In this document: positions 39,237-48,312 of the stretch, one piece after another
Layout of the letters: every line of letters starts with the position of its first letter
Position numbering within the stretch: position 1 is the first letter of the stretch
DNA from: a virus
Taxonomy: Duplodnaviria > Caudoviricetes
DNA length: 64,000 nt
Direction: 5' to 3' (one strand)
Virus record (IMG/VR): IMGVR_UViG_3300045747_000505
Notes under the pieces: generated by a model
The model's input: only the letters and a program-made list of their open reading frames with translations
Database searches by the model: none
Told to the model about the DNA's origin: nothing
Position numbers and translations under genes: made by a program

Positions 39237-39872
39237 ATGAAATTACAAGATCTGTTCGAAATGCCGCTATTCATTGACAAGGAATTTCCTACGTTGAAGA
39301 ATTCGCGCATGCTTAGCGCCAACACTATCGAAGATGACTACGATGTCCTTTGGACTGGGAAGCGAAATGAAGCTTCGATCTCTGTGATCATGAAGAAAAA
39401 CAAATCAGTCGCCTTCATCGGTCATTTGGTCGAGCGAACTGACAAAGTCATTTGCCTTCAGCTTGATGGTGGCCTTGAGTTTAAAGATCGCAAGGACTTC
39501 TCCTGGATGCACGACATCAAGGTTGAAGCCAGAAACGCGCTTCAGATTGATGGTATTCAACTTGAAGAAAGCTTTCAAAAGCAAGGCCTGGCGTCGTTAC
39601 TATACCTTGAAATCGTTCGGTACGGCTACGTACTCATTTCAGATACAACACAGTATCGAGGCGGACGCAAACTTTGGGAGTCTCTTGCGAAGAGGCAAGA
39701 AGATCAAGGTGTAAAGATTTATGTTGTCGACAACGGCAAGGTCATCCTTGATGATGCTAATGAGCCGCTTGAGTACGACGGCTCAAACATTCCAGCAGAC
39801 CAAATATGGTCTACCTCAACTAACATTGAAGACAGCAAGAAGCACGTGCTACTTGTGTTGAAATCATTATGA
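39237..39872 (+). CDS. GNAT-like phage protein (paralogue 3)
   Basis: FQKQGLASLLY...LISDTTQYRGGRKLW. Confidence 0.6.
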   Translation: MKLQDLFEMPLFIDKEFPTLKNSRMLSANTIEDDYDVLWTGKRNEASISVIMKKNKSVAFIGHLVERTDKVICLQLDGGLEFKDRKDFSWMHDIKVEARNALQIDGIQLEESFQKQGLASLLYLEIVRYGYVLISDTTQYRGGRKLWESLAKRQEDQGVKIYVVDNGKVILDDANEPLEYDGSNIPADQIWSTSTNIEDSKKHVLLVLKSL

Positions 39873-40162
39873 ACAACAAACTCCAAGCCGGCGATCTCGC
39901 CATCATCATCAAGTCGATGCTCGGCAAGAACATCGGCCGCATCGTGGAGTGCGTGCTCGTTGAGTCCGTGCTTCACCCTGACTTCGGCGCCATCTGGCTC
40001 GTTCGATCGTCTCGCAAGGACCTCGTCGATGAGAGCGGTGGCGTTGGCGATACCTTTCACGTGCCACAAGACTGGCTGCGCAAGATCCCGAACGATCCGC
40101 TGCCAGACGATGAGGACGCGTGGGAGCTCGATCCGACCAAGGAGTTGGAGCTCGTCAAGTAA
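39869..40162 (+). CDS. Hypothetical protein
   Basis: ATGA-coupled ORF (LQAGDLAIII...NIGRIVE). Confidence 0.6.
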   Translation: MNNKLQAGDLAIIIKSMLGKNIGRIVECVLVESVLHPDFGAIWLVRSSRKDLVDESGGVGDTFHVPQDWLRKIPNDPLPDDEDAWELDPTKELELVK

Positions 40163-40166
40163 CAAA

Positions 40167-40253
40167 GCGGGTGTGGCGAAATTGGTAGACGCACCAGGTT
40201 TAGGTCCTGACGCCCTCACGGGCATGTCGGTTCGAGTCCGACCACCCGCACCA
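40167..40253 (+). tRNA. tRNA-Leu(TAG)
   Basis: CCAGG-TTTAGGT-CCTGA, long variable arm, CCA. Confidence 0.92.
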
Positions 40254-40302
40254 ATTACTTCGAATCAGTCTAAATACTTAGGTTCAACACCAAGGAGTAT
40301 TC

Positions 40303-41118
40303 ATGGACTGGTTCATCTCATTCAAAAACTGGCTTCGTCGCTTGTTTCTCAACAAGCCGCTGGGCACTGGGCGCATCTACGCTTGGAAGCCTGACGTCCC
40401 AGACCATCGCGACCGGCTCTTCAGCCTGCCAATTCCGGCCAAGCTCCCAGACCACGTTGACCCACTCGGCGCCAATGACGTCGTAGAGGACCAAGGTCAA
40501 CTTGGGTCCTGCACTGGGCACGCCACCACGACCGCCGTTGAAATCATCACTGGCGCTCGTACGCAGTACTCTCGTCTGATGACGTACTACAACGGTCGTC
40601 TCATCGAGAACAATGTTGCCAACGACGATGGCGCGGTCATTCGCGACGTCATCAAGGGTGTTCAGAAGTATGGCATCTCTCGCGAGAGCCTTTGGCCGTA
40701 CGTCGAAGCTAAGTTCGCAAAGAAGCCAACAGCCAAGTCCTACACCGACGCGCTTGGTCTGCGCACCAAGATTGCCTCGTACGAGCGCATCACCACGCTT
40801 GAGCAGGTCAAGACGGCGCTTGCCGCTGGTCTGCCAGTGGTCTTTGGCTTCTCCGTTCCAGAGTACTTCGAGAGCGCTGAGGTTGCTCGCACTGGTTGGG
40901 TTCGCTTTCCAACGAGCAAGGACAAGATGGTTGGTGGACACGCGGTCTGCGCCATTGGCTACGATGACCGTAAGTCAGCGCCAATTCCATACGTCTGGGT
41001 TCGCAACTCATGGAGCTCCGCTTGGGGTCTGAAGGGCAACTTCCGTATGGACCAGCAGTGGTTCACCGACCCGACTCGCCTCGTCGATGACATGTGGGTC
41101 ATCCATCCAAAGGTCTGA
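40303..41118 (+). CDS. Papain-like cysteine peptidase (family C1)
   Basis: DQGQLGSCTGHA, GGHAVCAIGYDD, VRNSW...WG..G.F. Confidence 0.9.
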   Translation: MDWFISFKNWLRRLFLNKPLGTGRIYAWKPDVPDHRDRLFSLPIPAKLPDHVDPLGANDVVEDQGQLGSCTGHATTTAVEIITGARTQYSRLMTYYNGRLIENNVANDDGAVIRDVIKGVQKYGISRESLWPYVEAKFAKKPTAKSYTDALGLRTKIASYERITTLEQVKTALAAGLPVVFGFSVPEYFESAEVARTGWVRFPTSKDKMVGGHAVCAIGYDDRKSAPIPYVWVRNSWSSAWGLKGNFRMDQQWFTDPTRLVDDMWVIHPKV

Positions 41119-41180
41119 ACCTAGGATTTCAAGTTCGCAGACGGTGGGAGTTGAGGTATAATGGCTCTCACCAATCCTGT

Positions 41181-41256
41181 TCCCCGATAGCTCAGTTGGT
41201 AGAGCGCCGGACTGTTAATCCGTAGGTCCCTGGTTCGAGCCCAGGTCGGGGAGCCA
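41181..41256 (+). tRNA. tRNA-Asn(GTT)
   Basis: Canonical cloverleaf, G73, CCA. Confidence 0.95.
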
Positions 41257-41262
41257 ACCATC

Positions 41263-41688
41263 ATGAAAATCCAAGGCTTTCAAGGCGACTACTGGTTTCT
41301 GTCTAACTTCGCTTTGGTGAAGGTCGACCTTGACGGTGTGACCTACCCTAGCGTTGAGCACGCCTACGTGGCGGCAAAGACGTTGGACCCAGAGCTGCGC
41401 GCGAAGGTGGCTCGGTTCACCAAGCCAGGTGACATCAAGCGCTTCGGCAGAACGCTCAAAATTCGTTCCGACTGGGAGCGGATCAAGGTCGATGTGATGA
41501 CCGATCTGCTCATTCAGAAGTTTGCTCAAGAACCGTTTCGCACGAACCTGTTAAATACAGGTGACGCGGACATCGAAGAAACAAACTGGTGGGGCGATCG
41601 ATTCTGGGGAGTGTGCGACGGCGAAGGCCTCAACACTCTCGGCGAGCTCCTAATGTGGGTGCGCGATCAATTGGAAGGACAGGTATGA
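41263..41688 (+). CDS. NADAR/YbiA family protein
   Basis: FLSNF...YPSVEHAY.AAK...WGDRFWG...GLNTLGELLM.VR. Confidence 0.88.
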   Translation: MKIQGFQGDYWFLSNFALVKVDLDGVTYPSVEHAYVAAKTLDPELRAKVARFTKPGDIKRFGRTLKIRSDWERIKVDVMTDLLIQKFAQEPFRTNLLNTGDADIEETNWWGDRFWGVCDGEGLNTLGELLMWVRDQLEGQV

Positions 41689-41846
41689 GCAAGACAGTTC
41701 GCGGTGGTAAGGGTCCTGGCTACGAGTACTGGAGCAAGCGTCCGAACAAGTACGCTTCGCCCGGCAAGTCGTCGAAGATCATTACCCATCGAGTCGAGCG
41801 GCGTCAAAGCAAGGACGTCGTTCGCAGTGAGGTCAAGGACCTCTAA
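41685..41846 (+). CDS. Small basic protein
   Basis: MSKTVRGGKGPGYEYWSKRP...; ATGA overlap. Confidence 0.55.
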   Translation: MSKTVRGGKGPGYEYWSKRPNKYASPGKSSKIITHRVERRQSKDVVRSEVKDL

Positions 41847-41974
41847 AGAATACGAAGGGACCGACTTAAAAGCGTCGGGCTGATTGAAGTGCCTAAGTGG
41901 TTAGCGGGGTCTCACCTTCTCCGCTTTCACGACGCTCGGTCAGTAAGGAAGGTGACTAGCCCTTCACAATCAAT

Positions 41975-42066
41975 GGAGCCGTGGTAGAGCGGTCTAATAC
42001 GTCGGTTTGCTAAACCGAAGGTCGGAGTAATCCGGCCCGTGGGTTCGAATCCCACCGGCTCCTCCA
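41975..42066 (+). tRNA. tRNA-Ser(GCT)
   Basis: TCGGT-TTGCTAA-ACCGA, long variable arm, CCA. Confidence 0.92.
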
Positions 42067-42196
42067 AACGAAAGACAGAATGAATAGCGTGATTTGCATG
42101 GCTCGGTTTATGGATGACTTTGGCAACAGCATCGTGCCGGCCTACATGCCATACGAGACCTTTCTGGCTCGCTACTACTTTTGCAAAAGCATCTGA

Positions 42197-42273
42197 GCCC
42201 AACTACGCTAATTGGCAACGCGACCTCTCTCAAAAGGAGATGTTTCTCAGTTCGAATCTGAGGTTGGGCACCA
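42197..42273 (+). tRNA. tRNA-Leu(CAA) with a short variable loop
   Basis: GCCCAAC/GTTGGGC-A, loop CT-CAA-AA, variable region TGTTT, CCA. Confidence 0.75.
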
Positions 42274-42279
42274 AACAAT

Positions 42280-42371
42280 GGAGACGTGGTAGAGTGGCCT
42301 ATTGCGACTGCCTCGAAAGCAGTAGGTCGTGGTAACGCGGCCCGTGAGTTCGAATCTCACCGTCTCCTCCA
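42280..42371 (+). tRNA. tRNA-Ser(CGA)
   Basis: ACTGC-CTCGAAA-GCAGT, long variable arm, CCA. Confidence 0.92.
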
Positions 42372-42463
42372 TCCTAAGTAAATAGAGCCCGGTGCCAGTG
42401 AAGTGCAGTATAATCCGCGACTGGTCACCGATCAGACTCCCTCAACTAACTGGACTACACCTA

Positions 42464-42654
42464 TGACACGCTCACTCCTCGCCGCTCTCGCTCTGACCTT
42501 TGCCGCTGCCTCCTTCGCCAACACGCTGCCCGCCGCAGCTTCGGCCCCGGCTCCTGCCGCTTCGAAGGCTCACAAGCACGTCAAGCACCACGCTGCTCAC
42601 AAGCACGCCAAGGCACACAAGGCTGCTCCGGCCGCCTCTGCTGCCTCGAAGTAA
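42464..42654 (+). CDS. Small secreted Ala/His/Lys-rich protein
   Basis: Signal peptide then KAHKHVKHHAAHKHAKAHK. Confidence 0.55.
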
Positions 42655-42658
42655 GATC

Positions 42659-43501
42659 GTGATTCGACGGCACAGCGATCTGGTCACGTACGCGACCACG
42701 GTCGTGCTGATGACCGTCGCCTTTCTGATCGCTCGATCAGGCCTCTACTCCTGCGATGATCCGATCGCCTACTGGATCGGCGTCGTGGGAGGCTCGTTGA
42801 TGTTGGTTCTGCTGCTCTATCCGCTGCGCAAGTACGTGCGGTGGCTTTGGGTGCAGCGACTTGGCAAGATGAAGGCATGGCTTCGCATTCACATGATCAT
42901 CGGCATTCTGGCTCCCACGTTGATTCTGCTTCACTGCACGTTTCGAACTGGGTCCGTCAACGCCGCCATCGCTCTGTGGAGCATGATCATCGTGATGTTC
43001 AGCGGCTTCATCGGTCGCTTTCTGTACAGCCACACGAAGAACGGCCTGCGATCAGAGCAGCGCCGACTTGAGACCTTCAAGAAGCTAGCTCGACTAGATG
43101 ACGAGGTCGATTCAACCCTGTGGTTCTCTCCCTATGGTCGTCGGCTGTTGGACATGTTCGAAGAGCGCGCGCTCGATGCTGAGCACGCTGCACTCCACTG
43201 GGCGAAGCTGCTGATGTTCCTACCGGCTGAGAGTTGGATGGTTCGCTTTCAAGCGCAGCACTCCATCAACGAAGAGCTCGAGATCATCGCCAAGCGCCTC
43301 CACTGGTCCTATCCAGAGCACAGTGAGCACATCGCTACAGCCAAGCACATTGTGGTAGAATACCTCACGTGCATCATGCGAGTGGCGCTGTACCGTGCTT
43401 GGGACAAGCTGTTCAGCTACTGGCACGTCGCTCACGTTCCATTCGTGTTCATGCTCGTCTTCGCCAGCATCACGCACATCATCGCCGTTCACTTCTACTG
43501 A
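42659..43501 (+). CDS. Ferric-reductase-like (cytochrome b) transmembrane protein
   Basis: TM helices with paired His: WLRIHMIIG...LILLH and WHVAHVPF...HII.VH; probable GTG start at 42659. Confidence 0.55.
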   Translation: MIRRHSDLVTYATTVVLMTVAFLIARSGLYSCDDPIAYWIGVVGGSLMLVLLLYPLRKYVRWLWVQRLGKMKAWLRIHMIIGILAPTLILLHCTFRTGSVNAAIALWSMIIVMFSGFIGRFLYSHTKNGLRSEQRRLETFKKLARLDDEVDSTLWFSPYGRRLLDMFEERALDAEHAALHWAKLLMFLPAESWMVRFQAQHSINEELEIIAKRLHWSYPEHSEHIATAKHIVVEYLTCIMRVALYRAWDKLFSYWHVAHVPFVFMLVFASITHIIAVHFY

Positions 43502-43823
43502 TCATGATCATCACACCGCGTCCTGTCTACGACGGCATCGTCGAGGGTCTCGAACCCTTTGAGCATCACACCGACGAGAACATCGAGGAAATTCTGAGCA
43601 TTCTGTCCGATCGGGCGCACGCTCACGGACATGAGCGCGATGCTCAAGTCAAGGCGGAGGGTGGGTCTGGTGCGCCGTTCGCCTACCAAGCGACGACGAA
43701 CTGGAAGGCGGTCGAGATCATTGTGCAGCTCGAGAAGCAAGTTGAAGAGCTTCAGCGAGCGCTGAACTGCGCTAAGGCTGAGCTCGAGCAAGAGCTCAGC
43801 TAAGAACGATAAATAGAATCACT

Positions 43824-43915
43824 GGAGCCGTGGCAGAGCGGCCTATCGCATCACCTTGGAAAGGTGAAGATCGTGGCAACACGGTCCGTGGGTTCGAATC
43901 CCACCGGCTCCTCCA
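43824..43915 (+). tRNA. tRNA-Ser(GGA)
   Basis: TCACC-TTGGAAA-GGTGA, long variable arm, CCA. Confidence 0.92.
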
Positions 43916-44170
43916 GTACAGTAGAGAATCACACGCCGGCCCACCATTGCGACTGCTACGAGTTCATGACTCCCGCTCTTGCTTAACAACGCGAACATAG
44001 TCTTCGGACAGGCTTCGTCACCAGCACCGTCAATCGGCCGAACGACTAAGTGCAATAAGGGCGCTGTGTCTTCTCTGCCTACGCTGAACCTAAACAATGC
44101 CTTACACAAGGTGTGAAGTTGTGGTACTATACGTAAATAGACATTACTCCACGTTAACTATAGGCATCAC

Positions 44171-44848
44171 ATGAACCTTCGCACCCTCATCGCTTCTGCT
44201 GCTCTTGCTCTATCGGTCGGTGCGCACGCTGAATCTGGTACGCTTACCTTCAGCGACTTCGTTCACAACGCTGACTTCAATGCGTCAACGCTCTACCACG
44301 GCTTCAGCTTCGGCTCGGCCTGGTTTCCAAACCCAAGCACCGAGATTCGCGACCCGTACCTCGCGCTGAGCACCAATGGCGGCGCGCGCAGCGTCTTCGT
44401 CGAGCGAGCTGACCACACGCCGTTCAACCTCGATAGCTTCAACTACGCTGGTCGCAGTGACACTGGCCTCGCCTACCTCGTCATGTACAACGGTGGCACC
44501 ACGGTGTTCAGCGGCACCACGGACAACAACGGCAAGCTTCAGTTCAAGACCCTCGCTCCGGCGCCGACTGGCGTTCCTGGCGGTCAGACGTTCAGCGTCG
44601 CTGCTACGTCGGGCTACACCGGACAAATCACTGGCTTCAGCTTCGCCTTCAAGGCAGCTGGCGGTGGCTTCGGCGATGGCAGCGATTCGCTGCAGTTTGC
44701 CTTTGACACGATGAAGTACAGCAACGCGACAGCCGCAGCGGCTCTGCCGCCAGTTACGCCGGCCGTGCCTGAACCGCAGACCTATGCGCTGATTCTCGCT
44801 GGTCTTGGCGTCCTCGTCTTCAAGGGACGTCGTCAGCGCCGAACCTAA
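44171..44848 (+). CDS. PEP-CTERM (exosortase-sorted) surface protein
   Basis: Signal peptide and C-terminal VPEPQTYALILAGLGVLVFKGRRQRR. Confidence 0.9.
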   Translation: MNLRTLIASAALALSVGAHAESGTLTFSDFVHNADFNASTLYHGFSFGSAWFPNPSTEIRDPYLALSTNGGARSVFVERADHTPFNLDSFNYAGRSDTGLAYLVMYNGGTTVFSGTTDNNGKLQFKTLAPAPTGVPGGQTFSVAATSGYTGQITGFSFAFKAAGGGFGDGSDSLQFAFDTMKYSNATAAAALPPVTPAVPEPQTYALILAGLGVLVFKGRRQRRT

Positions 44849-44954
44849 ATACGAGTGGACCTGGAAAGGTCCTTCAGGGTTAGAATCAGGATAAATACAA
44901 ACGTCGCAACGGAGCGACACAACTTTATCACTTTCACCTTTGAAGGATTTCCAA

Positions 44955-46016
44955 ATGAAGAACTACATTCTTTTCGTCCGCGACCACTCTGCCTCCATGG
45001 GCAGCCTCGCTCAAGCCGCCAAGCGCGACTTCAACGAGCAACTGGCGTCAATTCAGGCGTCAGCAACCTCCCTCGATCAAGAAACCCTTGTCTCCGTCCT
45101 GACCATCTGCGTCGGCCGTGATTCCAAGATCGGGCGCGAGGTCGTGAACACCGACGTTCGTCGCGTTCAATCGATCGCTCACTACGCGACCGAAGGCCAC
45201 TCCACTCCGATGATCAAGGCCGTCTTCGACGGCATCGAGCTGCTCGAAGCCCTGCCCGACTACAACGATCCTGAAGTCTCCTTCCTCGTCGTCACCACGA
45301 CCGACGGACAAGAGAACTGCGACCGTCATCGTGGTCGTGAGCTCGCCGCCAAGATCCGTACGCTCGTCGGCACCGATCGCTGGACCTTCGCCTTCCGCGT
45401 GCCGAAGCAAGGCGGCGTCAAGGACCTCGCAAGCCTCGGCATTCTGCAAGCGCCGGTCAGCATCTTCGAGTGGGACCTGAACTCACGTGGTGTCGAGGTC
45501 TCGACGCAAGCCAACGTGCAAGCGTTCGACGCCTACTTCGCCGAGCGTGCAACTGGCAAGCGCGCCACGTCACGCTTCTACGCGAATGCTGCCGACGTGT
45601 CGGTGGACGAAGCTCGCAAGAGCCTCATCGACGTGTCGAGCGAGGTCACCCTGTTCCCGGTCGCCGCATGCGATGCTGGCACGCTGATCCGTCCGTTCGT
45701 CGAAGCCAAGCTGGGCGAGGCGATGGTTCGCGGTGGTGCGTTCTACCAGCTCGTCAAGCTCGAGCCGAAGGTGCAAGCCAACAAGCGCATCGCCATTCGC
45801 GACAAGTCGACCGGCACCGTGTTCGCTGGTGACGCCGCTCGTCAGATGCTGGCGCTGCCAACCATCGGCACCGTTCGTCTGGCTCCCGATGACACCGGCG
45901 ATTGGGACATTTTTATCCAAAGCACTTCGGTCAATCGCAAGCTTGATCCCAACACCCAGTTGATGTATTGGAAGGGTGTTGGTAAGGCATTCAAGGAAGG
46001 TCCGTCGGCAACCTGA
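44955..46016 (+). CDS. vWA domain protein
   Basis: VRDHSASM, GHSTPM, VTTTDGQEN; likely ATG start at 44955. Confidence 0.75.
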   Translation: MKNYILFVRDHSASMGSLAQAAKRDFNEQLASIQASATSLDQETLVSVLTICVGRDSKIGREVVNTDVRRVQSIAHYATEGHSTPMIKAVFDGIELLEALPDYNDPEVSFLVVTTTDGQENCDRHRGRELAAKIRTLVGTDRWTFAFRVPKQGGVKDLASLGILQAPVSIFEWDLNSRGVEVSTQANVQAFDAYFAERATGKRATSRFYANAADVSVDEARKSLIDVSSEVTLFPVAACDAGTLIRPFVEAKLGEAMVRGGAFYQLVKLEPKVQANKRIAIRDKSTGTVFAGDAARQMLALPTIGTVRLAPDDTGDWDIFIQSTSVNRKLDPNTQLMYWKGVGKAFKEGPSAT

Positions 46017-46710
46017 TCGAACGGCAGCGGTCAAAATGAAATCGAAGCATTGCTGGCTTCCCGCCACTCGTCTGGCAATGTGGGCAAGTGATCTTCGGTT
46101 TCGGAACCTTCTGAGAGTTGATGAAGTCCTCGGAGTGCTTGTATCCAAATGCCGGATGATCCTCGCCCTTAGCGCCAAGCCAATGGTTGTTTTTATCAAG
46201 ACGAGCTTGTTGCTTCTCGCTCATCTTGGTTCTTGCTTCATCGGTATGCTTTCGGTTCAACATACTTTTAGGACCTGGTTTTCCGAACATTGGATTACGA
46301 TCGCCGGACATATCTCGAGCGAGTGCTTGCGCCGAAAGGATCGCACGAGTTTCGTCGGTGTGTTTTCGCCCAAACATTGGATTGCGCTCTCCGTTCTTCT
46401 CCATCGTGTAGAACCCGTTGATCGTCGCATACGCCTCATTGATGAACCTCTGATCCTCGACCGCCTGAAGACGACGCTGAACCCTAAGTTCAGCTTCAGT
46501 CGCTTCAATCCGTGTGTCAAAGGTTTCAATGATCAAAGTGTCGAATGCCTCAGGTCTTGTCTTAAGTTCTTCTCGCCAGATAGCGCCGAACCTCTTAGAT
46601 TTTACTGTGCCGTGATACCCATCCTGAACCCGTTTCACTGAGGACGATCCAATGTAGCATGGCGGAAGGCGATCCCCATCATAAAAAGTTACATACACGC
46701 AGAACATCAT
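45991..46710 (-). mobile_element. GIY-YIG homing endonuclease with NUMOD3 repeats (minus strand)
   Basis: CVYVTFY...CYIGSS; GERNPMFGRKHTDETR repeats. Confidence 0.8.
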
Positions 46711-46757
46711 CTCTCCTTGTTGATGTTCTATTTATCTGAACTAGAGGACTGGAAGGT

Positions 46758-47256
46758 CTTCATTTTTAGGAAGAACGAAATGATAGACAAGAATGCACAA
46801 CGCGCCCGTGTGGCACAGTTCGAGATGGAGCAGCTCGCTCAAGGCAAGACGATGCCGGTTCTGCCGGCGCTGAAGCCGATGACGCCACCGCCGGCCTTCA
46901 AGGTCACGACCGTCACTGTGTCCTCAACGCCGGCCTACAACGGCGCCCTCAACAAGAAGGCCTCCAACTACGTTCGCAAGGCCAAGGGTCGCCTCGCCGA
47001 GCCGTTCACCAACAGCATCGGCCAGGTCATCAACGTTGGTGACAGCGTCGTGGCCATCTCGCAGGGCTACAACAAGTCCATCAAGGTGCGCGTCGCGACC
47101 TACGTCGGCCTCCGCAAGGACAGTCAAGGCCGTGTGACGAGCGTAGCGGTGTCCGGCATGGTGACTCATGACAAGTACGTCAGCGGCAAGGGCTACGTGA
47201 AGGTGACCGAGGTCAAGACGTCGTCCCTCCCGTCCAAGCGCATCTTCAAGAGCTGA
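46758..47256 (+). CDS. Hypothetical basic protein
   Basis: ORF with genome-typical codons; start uncertain (46717-46849). Confidence 0.55.
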
Positions 47257-47299
47257 CCCGTAGGGCGGTGTAAATACTCGACCAACTACTAGGACCCGT

Positions 47300-48085
47300 A
47301 TGCACCGCCTTCTTGCAGCTCTGCTGCTTGCTGTCTCCTTCTTCTCGCAAGCTGCTAGCACCGTCCCGCTCCCAATGGGGCAGTGTTCATCTCAGCTCCT
47401 CTACGGCACGCCGACCTCCGTCAAGAAGTCTGCGCTGCCGATTTGCCGTAGCTCGTACTGGACGCTGAACGATACCGCCACTGAGCTTCCACTCGCCGTC
47501 ACCTACGTCCTCACGCCAGAGCACGCCCTTGGCTGCGAGAAGCGTGACAACGGCTTCGTCGCCGATGATGCCGTTCCGCCACCACGCGCCACGCCAAAGG
47601 ATTACGCCAAGTCAGGCTACGACATCGGGCATATTGCCAATGCGGCTGACCTTGAGTATTCAACGACGGCCACCACCGAGGCGAAGATACTAACGAACGC
47701 TGCGCCGCAATTGGCTGGCTTCAATCGTGGTATTTGGAAGAAGCTCGAGGATACTACGCGCGGCTGGGCAGTCGCTCGCAATCACCCACTTCAAATTACG
47801 GCGGGTGCCATTTACACGCCGAAGACCGATACGACCATCGGCGCCAATCATATTGGCGTGCCGCACGCCTTCTACAAGATAATCACCGACACCGTCACGG
47901 CTGAATCACAGGTATATCTGTTTCAGCACAAGCCGGCAAAGGGTGATTTGAATCAATTCATTTCCTCGCTCGCTGAAGTTCAGAAACAATCAGGGCTAGT
48001 TATTCCAATGCCATCAAAGGTCAAGTACACGAAGACTTGGCCTATCACGCAGAAGAGATCAGGCAAAACGTGCGCACTCAAATGA
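47300..48085 (+). CDS. Secreted DNA/RNA non-specific endonuclease (NucA/EndoG family)
   Basis: Signal peptide; YDIGHIANA, NAAPQLAGFNRGIWKKLE, VPHAFYKI. Confidence 0.88.
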   Translation: MHRLLAALLLAVSFFSQAASTVPLPMGQCSSQLLYGTPTSVKKSALPICRSSYWTLNDTATELPLAVTYVLTPEHALGCEKRDNGFVADDAVPPPRATPKDYAKSGYDIGHIANAADLEYSTTATTEAKILTNAAPQLAGFNRGIWKKLEDTTRGWAVARNHPLQITAGAIYTPKTDTTIGANHIGVPHAFYKIITDTVTAESQVYLFQHKPAKGDLNQFISSLAEVQKQSGLVIPMPSKVKYTKTWPITQKRSGKTCALK

Positions 48086-48312
48086 CGACCTTTCAGAAAT
48101 TTCAATGCAGTCGATTTACTCGCTGGCTTTGGTTCTTCTGGCAGAATCAGCTCACAAAGGAAATCTCAATTCGACCACGCTGGGCTGACGAATTGGCCTG
48201 GCCGTGGAAGCGACTCTACGTGTAACGACTGAGGGTTCGTTACAAAGTTTCCCGCACGGGTTGGAAAAGATGGGTATAATGACTCCATCGCCATCCGATA
48301 CAGGATTCCAAA

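Noticed and set aside
41685-41846. ArfA-like ribosome rescue peptide (also considered for 60911)
   Set aside because: Small and basic, but lacking the ArfA KGKGSY-type motif; insufficient support.
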